A stretch of 64,000 nt of DNA. Origin: a virus (lineage: Duplodnaviria; Caudoviricetes). The position numbers were made by a program, and so were the translations under genes. The notes beneath the pieces were generated by a model, which was not told where the DNA came from, made no database searches, and saw only the letters and a list, made by a program, of their open reading frames with translations. Shown piece by piece: positions 39,927 through 49,233 of this stretch; the first letter of the stretch is position 1; every line of letters begins with the position of its first letter. Location: positions 39,710 through 103,709 of IMG/VR virus record IMGVR_UViG_3300014204_000004; one strand, 5' to 3'.

Positions 39927-40548
39927 AAAAGAAATACTGCCTCTTCTTGAGCAAATACGTGCCTCGCTTTTATCCGATGAGCGAGATATAAAGATAATTC
40001 ATACGTGTACTCAGGCGAGTGCGGCACGAAACAGAAACATAGCTCTCAGCAAGATAAGGGACCACGAGCTTGTTATCATGTTAGATGATGATATAACTAC
40101 GTTCCCTGTAGGCTGGGAACGCAGTATGGTCGAGCCTTTTCTAACTGATATAGAAGTACCGCTCTACTGCCCAGAGTTTAAGAGTGTGGCAATGGTATCT
40201 GCCAGACTGTTGAAGATGGACGGTCGTGTGGCACACATGATGGGTGAGAATTACAACCTGGAAAAAGAAATAGTAGAGGTAGATAATCGACGCTTACCCA
40301 CCGCGTGTATTGCCTTCATCAAACATCCAAAGCTAGAATTTGACGAGCAGTTCGTTGGTTCAGGTTTTGAAGACGACGATTTCTGCAAACAGATTCAGAA
40401 ATTGTGCCCGAATGGAAAGTTTGTTATAAACAATAATGTCAAGCTTATACATACGAACGAAATGAAAAATCAAAAGGGGCCCTTTTGGGAATACAACAAG
40501 AGGCACTATCTCAGAAAGTGGCCTGATGAGGTGAGCAGATGGGGATAG
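39889..40548 (+). CDS. GT2-family glycosyltransferase
   Basis: IAVPT, SAARNRN, LDDD and FDEQF.GSGFEDDDF motifs. Confidence 0.88.
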   Translation: MRINIAVPTIKTEKEILPLLEQIRASLLSDERDIKIIHTCTQASAARNRNIALSKIRDHELVIMLDDDITTFPVGWERSMVEPFLTDIEVPLYCPEFKSVAMVSARLLKMDGRVAHMMGENYNLEKEIVEVDNRRLPTACIAFIKHPKLEFDEQFVGSGFEDDDFCKQIQKLCPNGKFVINNNVKLIHTNEMKNQKGPFWEYNKRHYLRKWPDEVSRWG

Positions 40549-41183
40549 TTTTAAACTACGATGTTGCGGATGTTCTGAACGAGTCAAAGGGCTACACACT
40601 TTGTGGTGCACCTTTTGATGAACGCATAGTTCACTACAATCCTGTGTTTAAAGACATCGTACTACCGCCTGGTGCATTGACTGAACCTGACCACTGGGTT
40701 CTGTTGAAGTACAGCAGAGGCAAGAACATAATAGTAGATTGCGGTACTTTGTATGGTAGAAGTGCCGTTCTACTTTCTGTTGGCAGTAAGCATGTGTTCA
40801 CCATTGATTCATACGGTCACTGCGATTGGGCCGACATGACGCTTTATAACTACGAGGCAAACTCCGAGAGATTAGAAAAGTACCGCAACATCACACTACT
40901 CAAAGGTGATACGTCTGAGATGCCGTGTCTATTCACTGAAGAAAGCATTGACCTACTTTTCGTTGACACAGAGCACGTTTCTGGTCAGATACGGAAAGAG
41001 ATAGGTCAGTGGTACAAACTACTGAGAAAAGATGCGGTCATTATATTTCATGACTACACCGTTTTCTGGCCCGGAGTGGTTGAAGCAGTTAATGACTTCG
41101 TGTCCAGAGGTATTCTTAATATGATTGAGGTACGGGGTTGGTGCTGTGTGTGCACCAAAGGTACATGGGAGGAAAATAAATGA
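40539..41183 (+). CDS. class I SAM methyltransferase (Methyltransf_24-like)
   Basis: VDCGTLYGRS, TID, IDLLFVD.EH and FHDY motifs. Confidence 0.88.
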   Translation: MGIVLNYDVADVLNESKGYTLCGAPFDERIVHYNPVFKDIVLPPGALTEPDHWVLLKYSRGKNIIVDCGTLYGRSAVLLSVGSKHVFTIDSYGHCDWADMTLYNYEANSERLEKYRNITLLKGDTSEMPCLFTEESIDLLFVDTEHVSGQIRKEIGQWYKLLRKDAVIIFHDYTVFWPGVVEAVNDFVSRGILNMIEVRGWCCVCTKGTWEENK

Positions 41184-42592
41184 CTTCAGATACACAGGCA
41201 AGAATAGATAAGTTGCTCGAAAATCTTAACTATGCTGAATATGATAACTTCCGCATAGTGGCGTTATACAAGACGTTCGCAGGTGAAGAGTTCGTAGAGG
41301 CGAGTCTGGCTTCTATTTACCGTTTCATGTACAAGATAGTCATGGTAAACTCAGACACTTCGTGGTCAGGTGAGAAAGGTAACACTGTAATACCTGTGGT
41401 GGAAGAGTGGAAGAAGAAGTACGACCAGGAGAACAAGATTGACATGGTCAACGTGAGTATGACAAGTCAGGACGAGCAGTACAAGTGTGGTTACGACTTC
41501 ATCAAGAGCCATTACCCTGAGGCAAAGATGGTCATGCTCATAGATACAGACGAGGTGTGGGATGACGCAGTACTTCAGGAGTTCATCTTGCGTGCCTTTC
41601 ATGACAAGGAACACAACACGTTCTCGTGCAGACTTCACACATACATCAAATCGATTCACTACAAGATTGAACCGATGGAGTGGTGCAAACCTACCATCTT
41701 CGTTCGCACCTCTGAGCCGGCAATTATCGGGCCGCGTGGCATAAACAATTCCAAGAAACAACTTTACAACGATATACAGGCTCACCACTTTACCTATGTT
41801 CGGAAGGATGAAGAAACGGTCATGAAGAAAATTAAGACCTCCTTCATTGGTGATGGGCCTGGTACACATTGTGTACCTTTGCAGGACTGGATAGATAACA
41901 AGTGGAACAAACTGCCCTTTGCGACAGACTTTCACACCACCAAGACGGCAGAGACTTCATGGCACGGTATTAGAACCGTATTGCTCGATGAACTGCCCTC
42001 AGCAGTTTTTAACAACACCAAGCTTCTCGATATGTTTCTGCCCTTCGGTCATTTGATGGGCACAGACTATCAGCTTCTCTTCAAGTATACAGCAGGTGCA
42101 CAGCTTGCCGTAGACTTGGGCACATACAGAGGTCGTAGCGCAATAACCATGTCACTGCATGCCAGAAAGGTAGTCACCATAGACCTCTTTGAGGATATCA
42201 TCACGCACTCTGACGATGAACTTAGACAGGCATATGATTACTACGGCAAGAATCGTGACATCTATGACAACAAGTTCGAGGATGTAAAGAGAGTTCTTTG
42301 GCCGTACAGCAACATTGAGATTGTAAGAGGTATCAGCTACGAACAGGCACAGAACTTCACAGATGATTTCATTGACGTTATCTTTGTCGATGACGACCAC
42401 AGTTACAGAGGCGTAAAGCTTGACTTTGAGAACTGGTTCCCGAAACTCAAATGTGGTGGCTATATGCTGTTTCATGACTACAACATAGATTTTCCGGGAG
42501 TTATGGACTTCGTAGACAATGAGGTGAGTAAGATACCAAACATGAAGCATGTAGAAACCGTTGTACCAACGGCGGTATTTCAGAAGATATAA
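41180..42592 (+). CDS. glycosyltransferase-methyltransferase fusion
   Basis: N-terminal IDTDEVW GT-A domain; C-terminal DLGTYRGRS, IDVIFVDDDHSY and GGYMLFHDY. Confidence 0.85.
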   Translation: MTSDTQARIDKLLENLNYAEYDNFRIVALYKTFAGEEFVEASLASIYRFMYKIVMVNSDTSWSGEKGNTVIPVVEEWKKKYDQENKIDMVNVSMTSQDEQYKCGYDFIKSHYPEAKMVMLIDTDEVWDDAVLQEFILRAFHDKEHNTFSCRLHTYIKSIHYKIEPMEWCKPTIFVRTSEPAIIGPRGINNSKKQLYNDIQAHHFTYVRKDEETVMKKIKTSFIGDGPGTHCVPLQDWIDNKWNKLPFATDFHTTKTAETSWHGIRTVLLDELPSAVFNNTKLLDMFLPFGHLMGTDYQLLFKYTAGAQLAVDLGTYRGRSAITMSLHARKVVTIDLFEDIITHSDDELRQAYDYYGKNRDIYDNKFEDVKRVLWPYSNIEIVRGISYEQAQNFTDDFIDVIFVDDDHSYRGVKLDFENWFPKLKCGGYMLFHDYNIDFPGVMDFVDNEVSKIPNMKHVETVVPTAVFQKI

Positions 42593-42603
42593 AGGAGGGA
42601 GTT

Positions 42604-43632
42604 ATGGATTTAGCGTTTAGGCCGTTCATTCACACAGTGGAATTACATTTTTCAAACCAGTGCACCGGCGATTGCATATGCTGTTCAAAGGCACACGGTA
42701 GAGAGACACCTAAGTATGTCAACTCAAACGTGGTTGAAGCTACAATAAGAAACCTTAAGCACATAGAGTTCAACTGGCTTCAGCTTGGTGGTGACGGGGA
42801 CTCTTTCTTGAATCCTGTATTCATACCGTCGCTGAGAAGGTACAGAGCAGAGTTTCCCGGCAAAGGATTGTGTCTCTTTACAAACGGCTCAATGCTGACC
42901 GAAGACATGGCTGATGTGCTCATCGCAGAAAGATTGCTCGATGATATACAGACACGCATCGACTCTCTTAATCCCGACCTGTACAGACAGTCCACCGGCC
43001 TGAGTCTTGAAAAGGTACAGAGCAACATTCAGTACTTCTTTCTTCAGAACGATTTCATTCGTTACCACATTATTTACTTTCCTCTGTACGCATACAAATA
43101 TATGTGCAAGAAGATACTGAACAAAGACATGCCGACGCATTGGTCCAGAATCGATGAATCACTTCTCATGGATGAGGCGGTGGCAGTCAAGGCTTTCTTC
43201 TACTCATTGCCTCGCAATGAGAAGATGACAGAGGCACAGATGAACTTCAGAATCAGCCCAATCTGTCTGTGGGGCGAACGCGAAGATATACCGCCTGTAA
43301 TGAATAAGGCATGCACTCAGTTGCCTGAAGCCAAAGGTTGCTTTCGCAACCAGATTTACATTTATCCCAATGGCAATATCGGTTGCTGTGCCTATGATGA
43401 TGCTCAGGATACTTTCGTCGTTGGTAACGTTCTTGACAGTGACACCGCCATTAGAGACCTCTGGGCCGGTGAGAAGCGCATGAAGATTATCAGTGACGTG
43501 CGCGAAGGCAAATACTATGGCAAGTATCCCTGCACCAACCCGATGGCATGTGGAATGTACTTTGTAGACAATTCAATAAATTACGGAGCGGCTTATGAAC
43601 GTGAACACACAGTCAACAGCGTTGCTCGTTAA
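42604..43632 (+). CDS. radical SAM protein with SPASM/twitch domain
   Basis: CTGDCICC, GGDGDS, FTNG and IYPNGNIGCCAYD..VGN motifs. Confidence 0.88.
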   Translation: MDLAFRPFIHTVELHFSNQCTGDCICCSKAHGRETPKYVNSNVVEATIRNLKHIEFNWLQLGGDGDSFLNPVFIPSLRRYRAEFPGKGLCLFTNGSMLTEDMADVLIAERLLDDIQTRIDSLNPDLYRQSTGLSLEKVQSNIQYFFLQNDFIRYHIIYFPLYAYKYMCKKILNKDMPTHWSRIDESLLMDEAVAVKAFFYSLPRNEKMTEAQMNFRISPICLWGEREDIPPVMNKACTQLPEAKGCFRNQIYIYPNGNIGCCAYDDAQDTFVVGNVLDSDTAIRDLWAGEKRMKIISDVREGKYYGKYPCTNPMACGMYFVDNSINYGAAYEREHTVNSVAR

Positions 43633-44635
43633 TCCTGTACCAACGAAACGAGCATTTATCGATACAGGTCGCATCTGTACTGTTAGATGCGAGTTCTGTT
43701 ATCACAAGCATGTGCCTTTCAGAGGCTACAAGAGCTTTGTAGAACTGAAGTCTGAAGTAGACCGCGCACATAAACGTGGTAACGACTACATCGATTTCAC
43801 GGGAGGTGAGCCGACTCTTTTACCACACTTTCCTGAGGTCATCGAATACTTAAATTCGCTTGGTATGCGTTGCAGAATTATAACGAGTGGCGTTATCAAC
43901 ACCCGACGCTTAGGACGCATCCTTGACGCAAAACCTCACGACTGGTTGATATCAATTCATGGAGCAACAGCAGATGTTCATGATAAACTGGTCAACTTCA
44001 AAGGTGCGAGAGATTTTCAGAATCATCTTCTCGACCGAATCATTGCCAGAGGTGACAAGTTCTGTTTCAATACTGTCATAAACAAATACAACTATCACCA
44101 GCTTGACGGTATTGCTATTATGGCAAATCAGCGTGGTGCTCATGCGGTTAACTTTATCAACTTCAACCCGCACCACGCCTGGAAACAGCACATAGATGAG
44201 GCACGTGATATACTCGCTGACCTCAGACAGGTACAGCCTGTGCTCGAAGGTGCTGTAGAGTTTCTCGAACAGCGGGATATTGCTGTGAACGTGAGATACT
44301 ATCCGATGTGCCGTATGCACGAACAGTTCAGGCACACAATCTGTAACGACCTGCACGTCCTCTTTGACCCTTACGAGTGGGACTACTTCTTTACACCAAA
44401 GACGGTAGAGCATTACTACTACAAGGGACAGGAGATGAGCGTAGAGACAGAGTGCCAAGACGCACCCTGCAGTACGTGTGACCTCTTTAAGATATGTGGT
44501 GGTATCAATGCACACTTTAACAAGTTCACCAATGGTACAATGGTCGATGCTATCAGCGACTTCAAAGGTGACAAGCAAGACTTCTACTGGTACAGACGCA
44601 GAAATGTCAGAGCATTGAGAGAGCCATCATGGTGA
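43595..44635 (+). CDS. radical SAM protein with C-terminal Cys cluster
   Basis: CTVRCEFC, FTGGEPT and C..C..C....CGG motifs. Confidence 0.9.
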   Translation: MNVNTQSTALLVNPVPTKRAFIDTGRICTVRCEFCYHKHVPFRGYKSFVELKSEVDRAHKRGNDYIDFTGGEPTLLPHFPEVIEYLNSLGMRCRIITSGVINTRRLGRILDAKPHDWLISIHGATADVHDKLVNFKGARDFQNHLLDRIIARGDKFCFNTVINKYNYHQLDGIAIMANQRGAHAVNFINFNPHHAWKQHIDEARDILADLRQVQPVLEGAVEFLEQRDIAVNVRYYPMCRMHEQFRHTICNDLHVLFDPYEWDYFFTPKTVEHYYYKGQEMSVETECQDAPCSTCDLFKICGGINAHFNKFTNGTMVDAISDFKGDKQDFYWYRRRNVRALREPSW

Positions 44636-45186
44636 GATTCATCTCCTTCTACTCTGACGATGAACTCTACAGAGAGCAGGCGGCGCGGTTAGTCGCCTCT
44701 CTCAACAAATTCAATCTTGCACACGAGGTGGTCAAAGTACCACCTTTTTCTTCGTGGTTGCAGGCTGTTAACTATAAGCCTCGCTTTTGCCAAGAGATGC
44801 TAAACAAGCATAAATCAGACTTGGTATGGGTCGATAGTGATGCAGAGGTAGTATCATATCCTAAGCTGTTCGATAAGATGGATTGTGACATTGCCGTATG
44901 CTACCGCGACAGACCCCAAATACCCCATGAATTATTGACGGGAACGGTTTTTCTGGCGTATAATACAACTACGTTGGATGTGGTAAATAAATGGAAGTCA
45001 GAGTGTGAAAGGTATCAGATGGTGGACCAAACAGTACTCAAAAGAATCTTATCGCGCAGTAAAAATGTGCGTGTACTCTCGCTTCCACAAGGCTATACCA
45101 AAATATTCGATGCTAATGACATGAACGATGGTACACCAGTAATCGTTCATTGGCAGGCAAGCAGAGAACTCAGGAGAGTCAAATGA
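44629..45186 (+). CDS. nucleotide-diphospho-sugar transferase
   Basis: YKP, WVDSD, TGTVFL, DQ..L and H.QASR motifs. Confidence 0.8.
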   Translation: MVRFISFYSDDELYREQAARLVASLNKFNLAHEVVKVPPFSSWLQAVNYKPRFCQEMLNKHKSDLVWVDSDAEVVSYPKLFDKMDCDIAVCYRDRPQIPHELLTGTVFLAYNTTTLDVVNKWKSECERYQMVDQTVLKRILSRSKNVRVLSLPQGYTKIFDANDMNDGTPVIVHWQASRELRRVK

Positions 45187-45779
45187 CCGGTTTCATTATT
45201 GGTAATGGAGAGTCGAGACAGGGCTTCGATTTGAACCAGCTTAGACCGTACGGGCGTATCTTTGGTTGCAACGCCTTATATCGAGACTTTGTACCTGACG
45301 CTCTTATAACAGTAGACCCGCAGATGATAAAGATTATCGAGCGTGAGAAGGTAGATGAAAAGTGCGAGGTGATAAAACGTGTTGTCAGAGAAAACAATGA
45401 CAAAGTGTTTTTATCCAGTCGTGGTGTTACTGTTGCTGACCGCTATCATGGCGCGGCAGGACCTTCTGCTTTGTACCTTATGTGTGATAGATTGGTATGG
45501 CTGAAGAGTGTGTACCTCGTTGGCTTCGATATAGTCAGTACTACTGGCAGGGTCAACAATGTATACAAGAACACAGAAGGTTATGTGAGCGAAGATGCGC
45601 CAGCTACGTACACTGAGAATTGGATTGAGAAGTTGGGAAGAATCTTCACTGACTATCCTCACATTCTTTTCTATTACATAGGTAACAGCGTAGAAAGATG
45701 GAGCAAGCTTCCGAATCTCATATACACGAATTATGCGCTCATGCTTGAAGAACTGAAAAAAGAAGAAACAAAGAGGTAA
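45183..45779 (+). CDS. DUF115/MptE/Maf-like sugar-transfer-related protein
   Basis: IIGNGESR, GCNALYRD..PD.L..VD and YLVGFD motifs. Confidence 0.6.
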   Translation: MTGFIIGNGESRQGFDLNQLRPYGRIFGCNALYRDFVPDALITVDPQMIKIIEREKVDEKCEVIKRVVRENNDKVFLSSRGVTVADRYHGAAGPSALYLMCDRLVWLKSVYLVGFDIVSTTGRVNNVYKNTEGYVSEDAPATYTENWIEKLGRIFTDYPHILFYYIGNSVERWSKLPNLIYTNYALMLEELKKEETKR

Positions 45780-45781
45780 AC

Positions 45782-46369
45782 ATGGCCGATTTAGTTACAA
45801 TAGAAAAAGTTAAGAAGGCAATGGATAAGTCAGACACAATGCACGACAGCATGATTCAGCTTATCGTGTCCTCTTACAAAGCAGTGTTTGAGAACTTCTG
45901 CAATCGACAGTTCGATAAGATATCGAGAGTCAAACGTTTCAATGGTGGTCGCACTAAGTACTATCTCAATGCGATACCACTTGACCCACTTATCTCACCT
46001 GTGGTGCTTGTAGCGGGTGTACTGCAGGTTAAGGACCTTGATTACTGGGTAGACGAGCAATCGGGTCTTATCGAGTTTGGCACAGAAGTTTCTTATACAG
46101 AGCCTCTTGAGGTCTCGATTACCTACACAGGTGGGTATGACCTTGTAACTGACTCTGATGACGAGGACTTTGGTACACTTGCTGTACCTTATTCAATCAA
46201 GATGGCATGTGTATTGCAGTCAGTACACACCTTCAGACGCAGAAACGATTTGGGTCTTTCGTTTTCATCAATGCCCAACGGGCAGTTGGCAGTAAACACG
46301 GCTCTTGGTCTTCTACCAATCGTAGATAAGGCGCTGAGACCATACAAGCTTACTGCCGGACAGAGGTAA
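45782..46369 (+). CDS. head-tail connector (gp6/gp15-like)
   Basis: LVT...VK, E.FCNR.F, ITYTGGY, VP..IK.A and L.PY motifs. Confidence 0.8.
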   Translation: MADLVTIEKVKKAMDKSDTMHDSMIQLIVSSYKAVFENFCNRQFDKISRVKRFNGGRTKYYLNAIPLDPLISPVVLVAGVLQVKDLDYWVDEQSGLIEFGTEVSYTEPLEVSITYTGGYDLVTDSDDEDFGTLAVPYSIKMACVLQSVHTFRRRNDLGLSFSSMPNGQLAVNTALGLLPIVDKALRPYKLTAGQR

Positions 46370-46370
46370 A

Positions 46371-47024
46371 ATGATAAAGCTCGGAGTAAAGATGTTTGAT
46401 ATGTCAGACCTTGAGCGCAAGCTTACGTCTGGCATTGACCTTGAGAAGTTCAAGGACATTGTGTACCCTGTTATCAACAGCATGAAGGACAGAGCATCTG
46501 CCTTGATTAGGTCACAGCGTCCCAATTCAACACTGTCTAATATTGACGCCGTGTTGCGTATAGAAGGCAACAGTGTGGTGGCAGTACTTACTTTTGAAGA
46601 CAAACCGTACACATTAACGCAGTTGCAGTTGAGCAAGTCTCAATCTTTGAAGACCGTGATAAGAGGTGTTATAATCCCTACTAAGGAGTATGAAGGGGTG
46701 ACAGCATCAAAGTTTATAACGCAGACAAAGGGCAAGAGCTTCCCTCTTACGACCAAGAAAGGCAATGAGTTAATTGTCTTGTCGAAAGGTAGCTCATCAA
46801 AGAGAACAGGTTCACCAACGCTCTTTGCCAAAGAGAGTAAGGGGTTCAGCAAAGCCAGTGGTGAATATAACTTTACGGTAGCTTACGTTAAACCTAAATC
46901 ACCGGTGGTTATCAACAAAGTACCAGTTGCCAAAGAGCTTGAGATTTCGACCGCTGAAGTAGAGATGATGAAACAAAAGGTTTTAGAACTGTTTACTGAA
47001 AGCTTTGGAGGCAAACGTGGCTGA
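46371..47024 (+). CDS. putative neck/tail completion protein
   Basis: Basic protein; synteny only. Confidence 0.4.
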   Translation: MIKLGVKMFDMSDLERKLTSGIDLEKFKDIVYPVINSMKDRASALIRSQRPNSTLSNIDAVLRIEGNSVVAVLTFEDKPYTLTQLQLSKSQSLKTVIRGVIIPTKEYEGVTASKFITQTKGKSFPLTTKKGNELIVLSKGSSSKRTGSPTLFAKESKGFSKASGEYNFTVAYVKPKSPVVINKVPVAKELEISTAEVEMMKQKVLELFTESFGGKRG

Positions 47025-47460
47025 TATCTTTTTAAGACAAAAAATACTGACGGGGTTCAAAGAGATACTCGAAGATATAGATACGATAAGTTTAAACCAT
47101 GTCGAGATAAACAGAAGCACCCCTGTGGACCTTGACATTGTGCCATTCCCAGCATGTTTCATATATTCAGGGCCAGAAGAATTGGCTGCCGATGAAGAAC
47201 AAGTAGTAGGGCATGAAACATTCAAATGGGAAGTGGTAATAGAGGCATGGCTGAAGGAAGGGGATGTCAGTGAAGAGTATTTACTTGGTGAGGTACACAA
47301 GGCTATTTTCGCTGACTATACACTTGGTGGTAACGCGGCATATTCACGTCGCATAGGCTCACAGTTTCAGGTCTTAGACCCCGACAGAGCTATGAGAGCC
47401 ATGCGAATCAATTACGTTGTCACATATAGACACCGTATAGGTCAACCAGACATTATATAA
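47005..47460 (+). CDS. tail terminator (lambda gpU-like)
   Basis: Acidic, PACFIY, D.TLGG.A and V.Y motifs; precedes the tube gene. Confidence 0.65.
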   Translation: MEANVADIFLRQKILTGFKEILEDIDTISLNHVEINRSTPVDLDIVPFPACFIYSGPEELAADEEQVVGHETFKWEVVIEAWLKEGDVSEEYLLGEVHKAIFADYTLGGNAAYSRRIGSQFQVLDPDRAMRAMRINYVVTYRHRIGQPDII

Positions 47461-47478
47461 ACTTTAAGGAGGTTTATT

Positions 47479-48447
47479 ATGGCTCAGCAGAGAGGCTCAC
47501 AGGTACCGATTATCTTCGATACCGAGACAACTTTCAAGGCGGATCCGGCCGCGCCTGACGCAACTCTTCTTTACTACGTAAGTGAGAGTCTGCGGCGCAA
47601 TCGTAACCTCATCTCGTCCAAGACGTTGAGAGGCAACAGAAACCCGCTTCAGCCCGTTCGTGGTAACACAGAGGTTGGTGGCGACATCAACTTCGAGCTT
47701 GCCGCCAGCTTTGGCAAACTGTTCAAACACATCTTCGGTGGCTACGTCGCTTCTGAAGGCGGCCCGGTGTATACTCATACGTACACTATCGGTGATTTAC
47801 CTCAGGGTATGGTCATCGAGAAACAGTTTAAAGACTTTGCGACAGACAAGTTCTTCAAGTACAATGGTTGCAAGGTAAACACGTTCAAGATGGACATGAA
47901 GAACGAGGGCTTCGTCGATTGCACCATCAATATCATGGGCGCAAAAGAGACGGTTGGCAATGCACCTTTCGACGCATCTCCCGTAGATGCAGGTCACACA
48001 CCTTTCGATATGTTCTCCGGCGAAATCTACATCAACGGTGTCAAGGCGGCTGTTGTCACACAGGCTGACATGACTCTCGAAAACGGTCTTGGTGGCGATA
48101 CATACGTCATCGATGGTTCAGGTGAACGCCACTCGTTGCCTGAGGGCCAGGCCAAAATAGCAGGCAATCTTACTGCGCTATTTGAGGACGTCGACCTTTA
48201 CATGGACGCCGTAAACTTCGTCGAGAAGTCTCTTGAGTTCAGGTTCATGAGAGGCAACGGCGATGGTACACTCGGCAATGAGAAGATGCAGTTTTTCCTC
48301 GACGAGATACTCTTCAAACCTCAGGCACCTGTTGTCTCAGGTCCTACTGGCCTACTCGTCGAACTGCCGTATGAAGCATTTTACGGCAACGATTCGGATG
48401 CAAGCGCACTCAGAGTAATTCTGACTTGCCCGACGGCAACATTCTAA
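47479..48447 (+). CDS. major tail tube protein
   Basis: ETTF, SESL, GGDI..E, IEK.F and Y.GCKV motifs. Confidence 0.85.
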   Translation: MAQQRGSQVPIIFDTETTFKADPAAPDATLLYYVSESLRRNRNLISSKTLRGNRNPLQPVRGNTEVGGDINFELAASFGKLFKHIFGGYVASEGGPVYTHTYTIGDLPQGMVIEKQFKDFATDKFFKYNGCKVNTFKMDMKNEGFVDCTINIMGAKETVGNAPFDASPVDAGHTPFDMFSGEIYINGVKAAVVTQADMTLENGLGGDTYVIDGSGERHSLPEGQAKIAGNLTALFEDVDLYMDAVNFVEKSLEFRFMRGNGDGTLGNEKMQFFLDEILFKPQAPVVSGPTGLLVELPYEAFYGNDSDASALRVILTCPTATF

Positions 48448-48466
48448 AACACAGGAGGAAGTTATA

Positions 48467-49003
48467 ATGAGCGAAGTTGGAGAGAAAAAAGTATATGAGT
48501 ACGTAATTGGCGAGAAAACTTTCGTCATGAAACCTTTGGTTCTTGGGCAGGTAAAGCTAGTATCAAACCTGCTCAAGGACCGTTTTCCTGATGCTACCAC
48601 CAATATGCAGGACCAGTTGGTAGTAGATATCATCGACAAGATACAGGATATATTGCCTCAGGCTTTTGCAATCATTCTGATAGAGAAAGATTCACCGGCC
48701 GATAAGCGGCCCATAGAACTGAAGAATCGGAATCTTGAAGAGATAGCTGAAGAGTTTGAGTTCACGCTTGACCTTAACAAGGCCGTCGAGGTATGTAACG
48801 ATTTTTTCGAGTGTACGCCTCTAATTTCAGTGTTTCAGACTCTCATGGGTCTAATGCAGTCACAAGGAATAGGGGCGGTACCAAGGGTCGTAGAGGAGAT
48901 AACCGAGTCGAAGACAGAATCAACTGGGTCGACCGAATTGTCCTCCACCTCTCAGCAGGAGACATCCTCAGAAGAGAAGACATCCTCTGGGGATACACCT
49001 TAG
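48467..49003 (+). CDS. tail assembly chaperone (gpG-like)
   Basis: Between tube and tape measure; slippery T TTT TTC at 48802-48808. Confidence 0.75.
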   Translation: MSEVGEKKVYEYVIGEKTFVMKPLVLGQVKLVSNLLKDRFPDATTNMQDQLVVDIIDKIQDILPQAFAIILIEKDSPADKRPIELKNRNLEEIAEEFEFTLDLNKAVEVCNDFFECTPLISVFQTLMGLMQSQGIGAVPRVVEEITESKTESTGSTELSSTSQQETSSEEKTSSGDTP

Positions 49004-49233
49004 CAGAGACAGAACCGTACCTTGAGTACAGAGTCAGAGAATGGGTCTTCAGAGAGGTGGTAATAGGCTTCTTCACGGGTGGTAAAGATAGCGAACATAT
49101 TACAGACCAACCTGAAGACTCTTTTTGTTATGCGTGTAAGGTAGCAGGGCTGGCAAAAGACTGCGATAGATGCACCAGAGATTTTAAAGTAATTGACCTG
49201 GAAAAGACCAGAGCAAAGAGGGGTGTCAGATAA
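48802..49233 (+). CDS. -1 frameshift extension (gpT-like)
   Basis: -1 frame open from the slippery site to the stop overlapping the tape measure ATG. Confidence 0.7.
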   Translation, partial: FFRVYASNFSVSDSHGSNAVTRNRGGTKGRRGDNRVEDRINWVDRIVLHLSAGDILRREDILWGYTLAETEPYLEYRVREWVFREVVIGFFTGGKDSEHITDQPEDSFCYACKVAGLAKDCDRCTRDFKVIDLEKTRAKRGVR

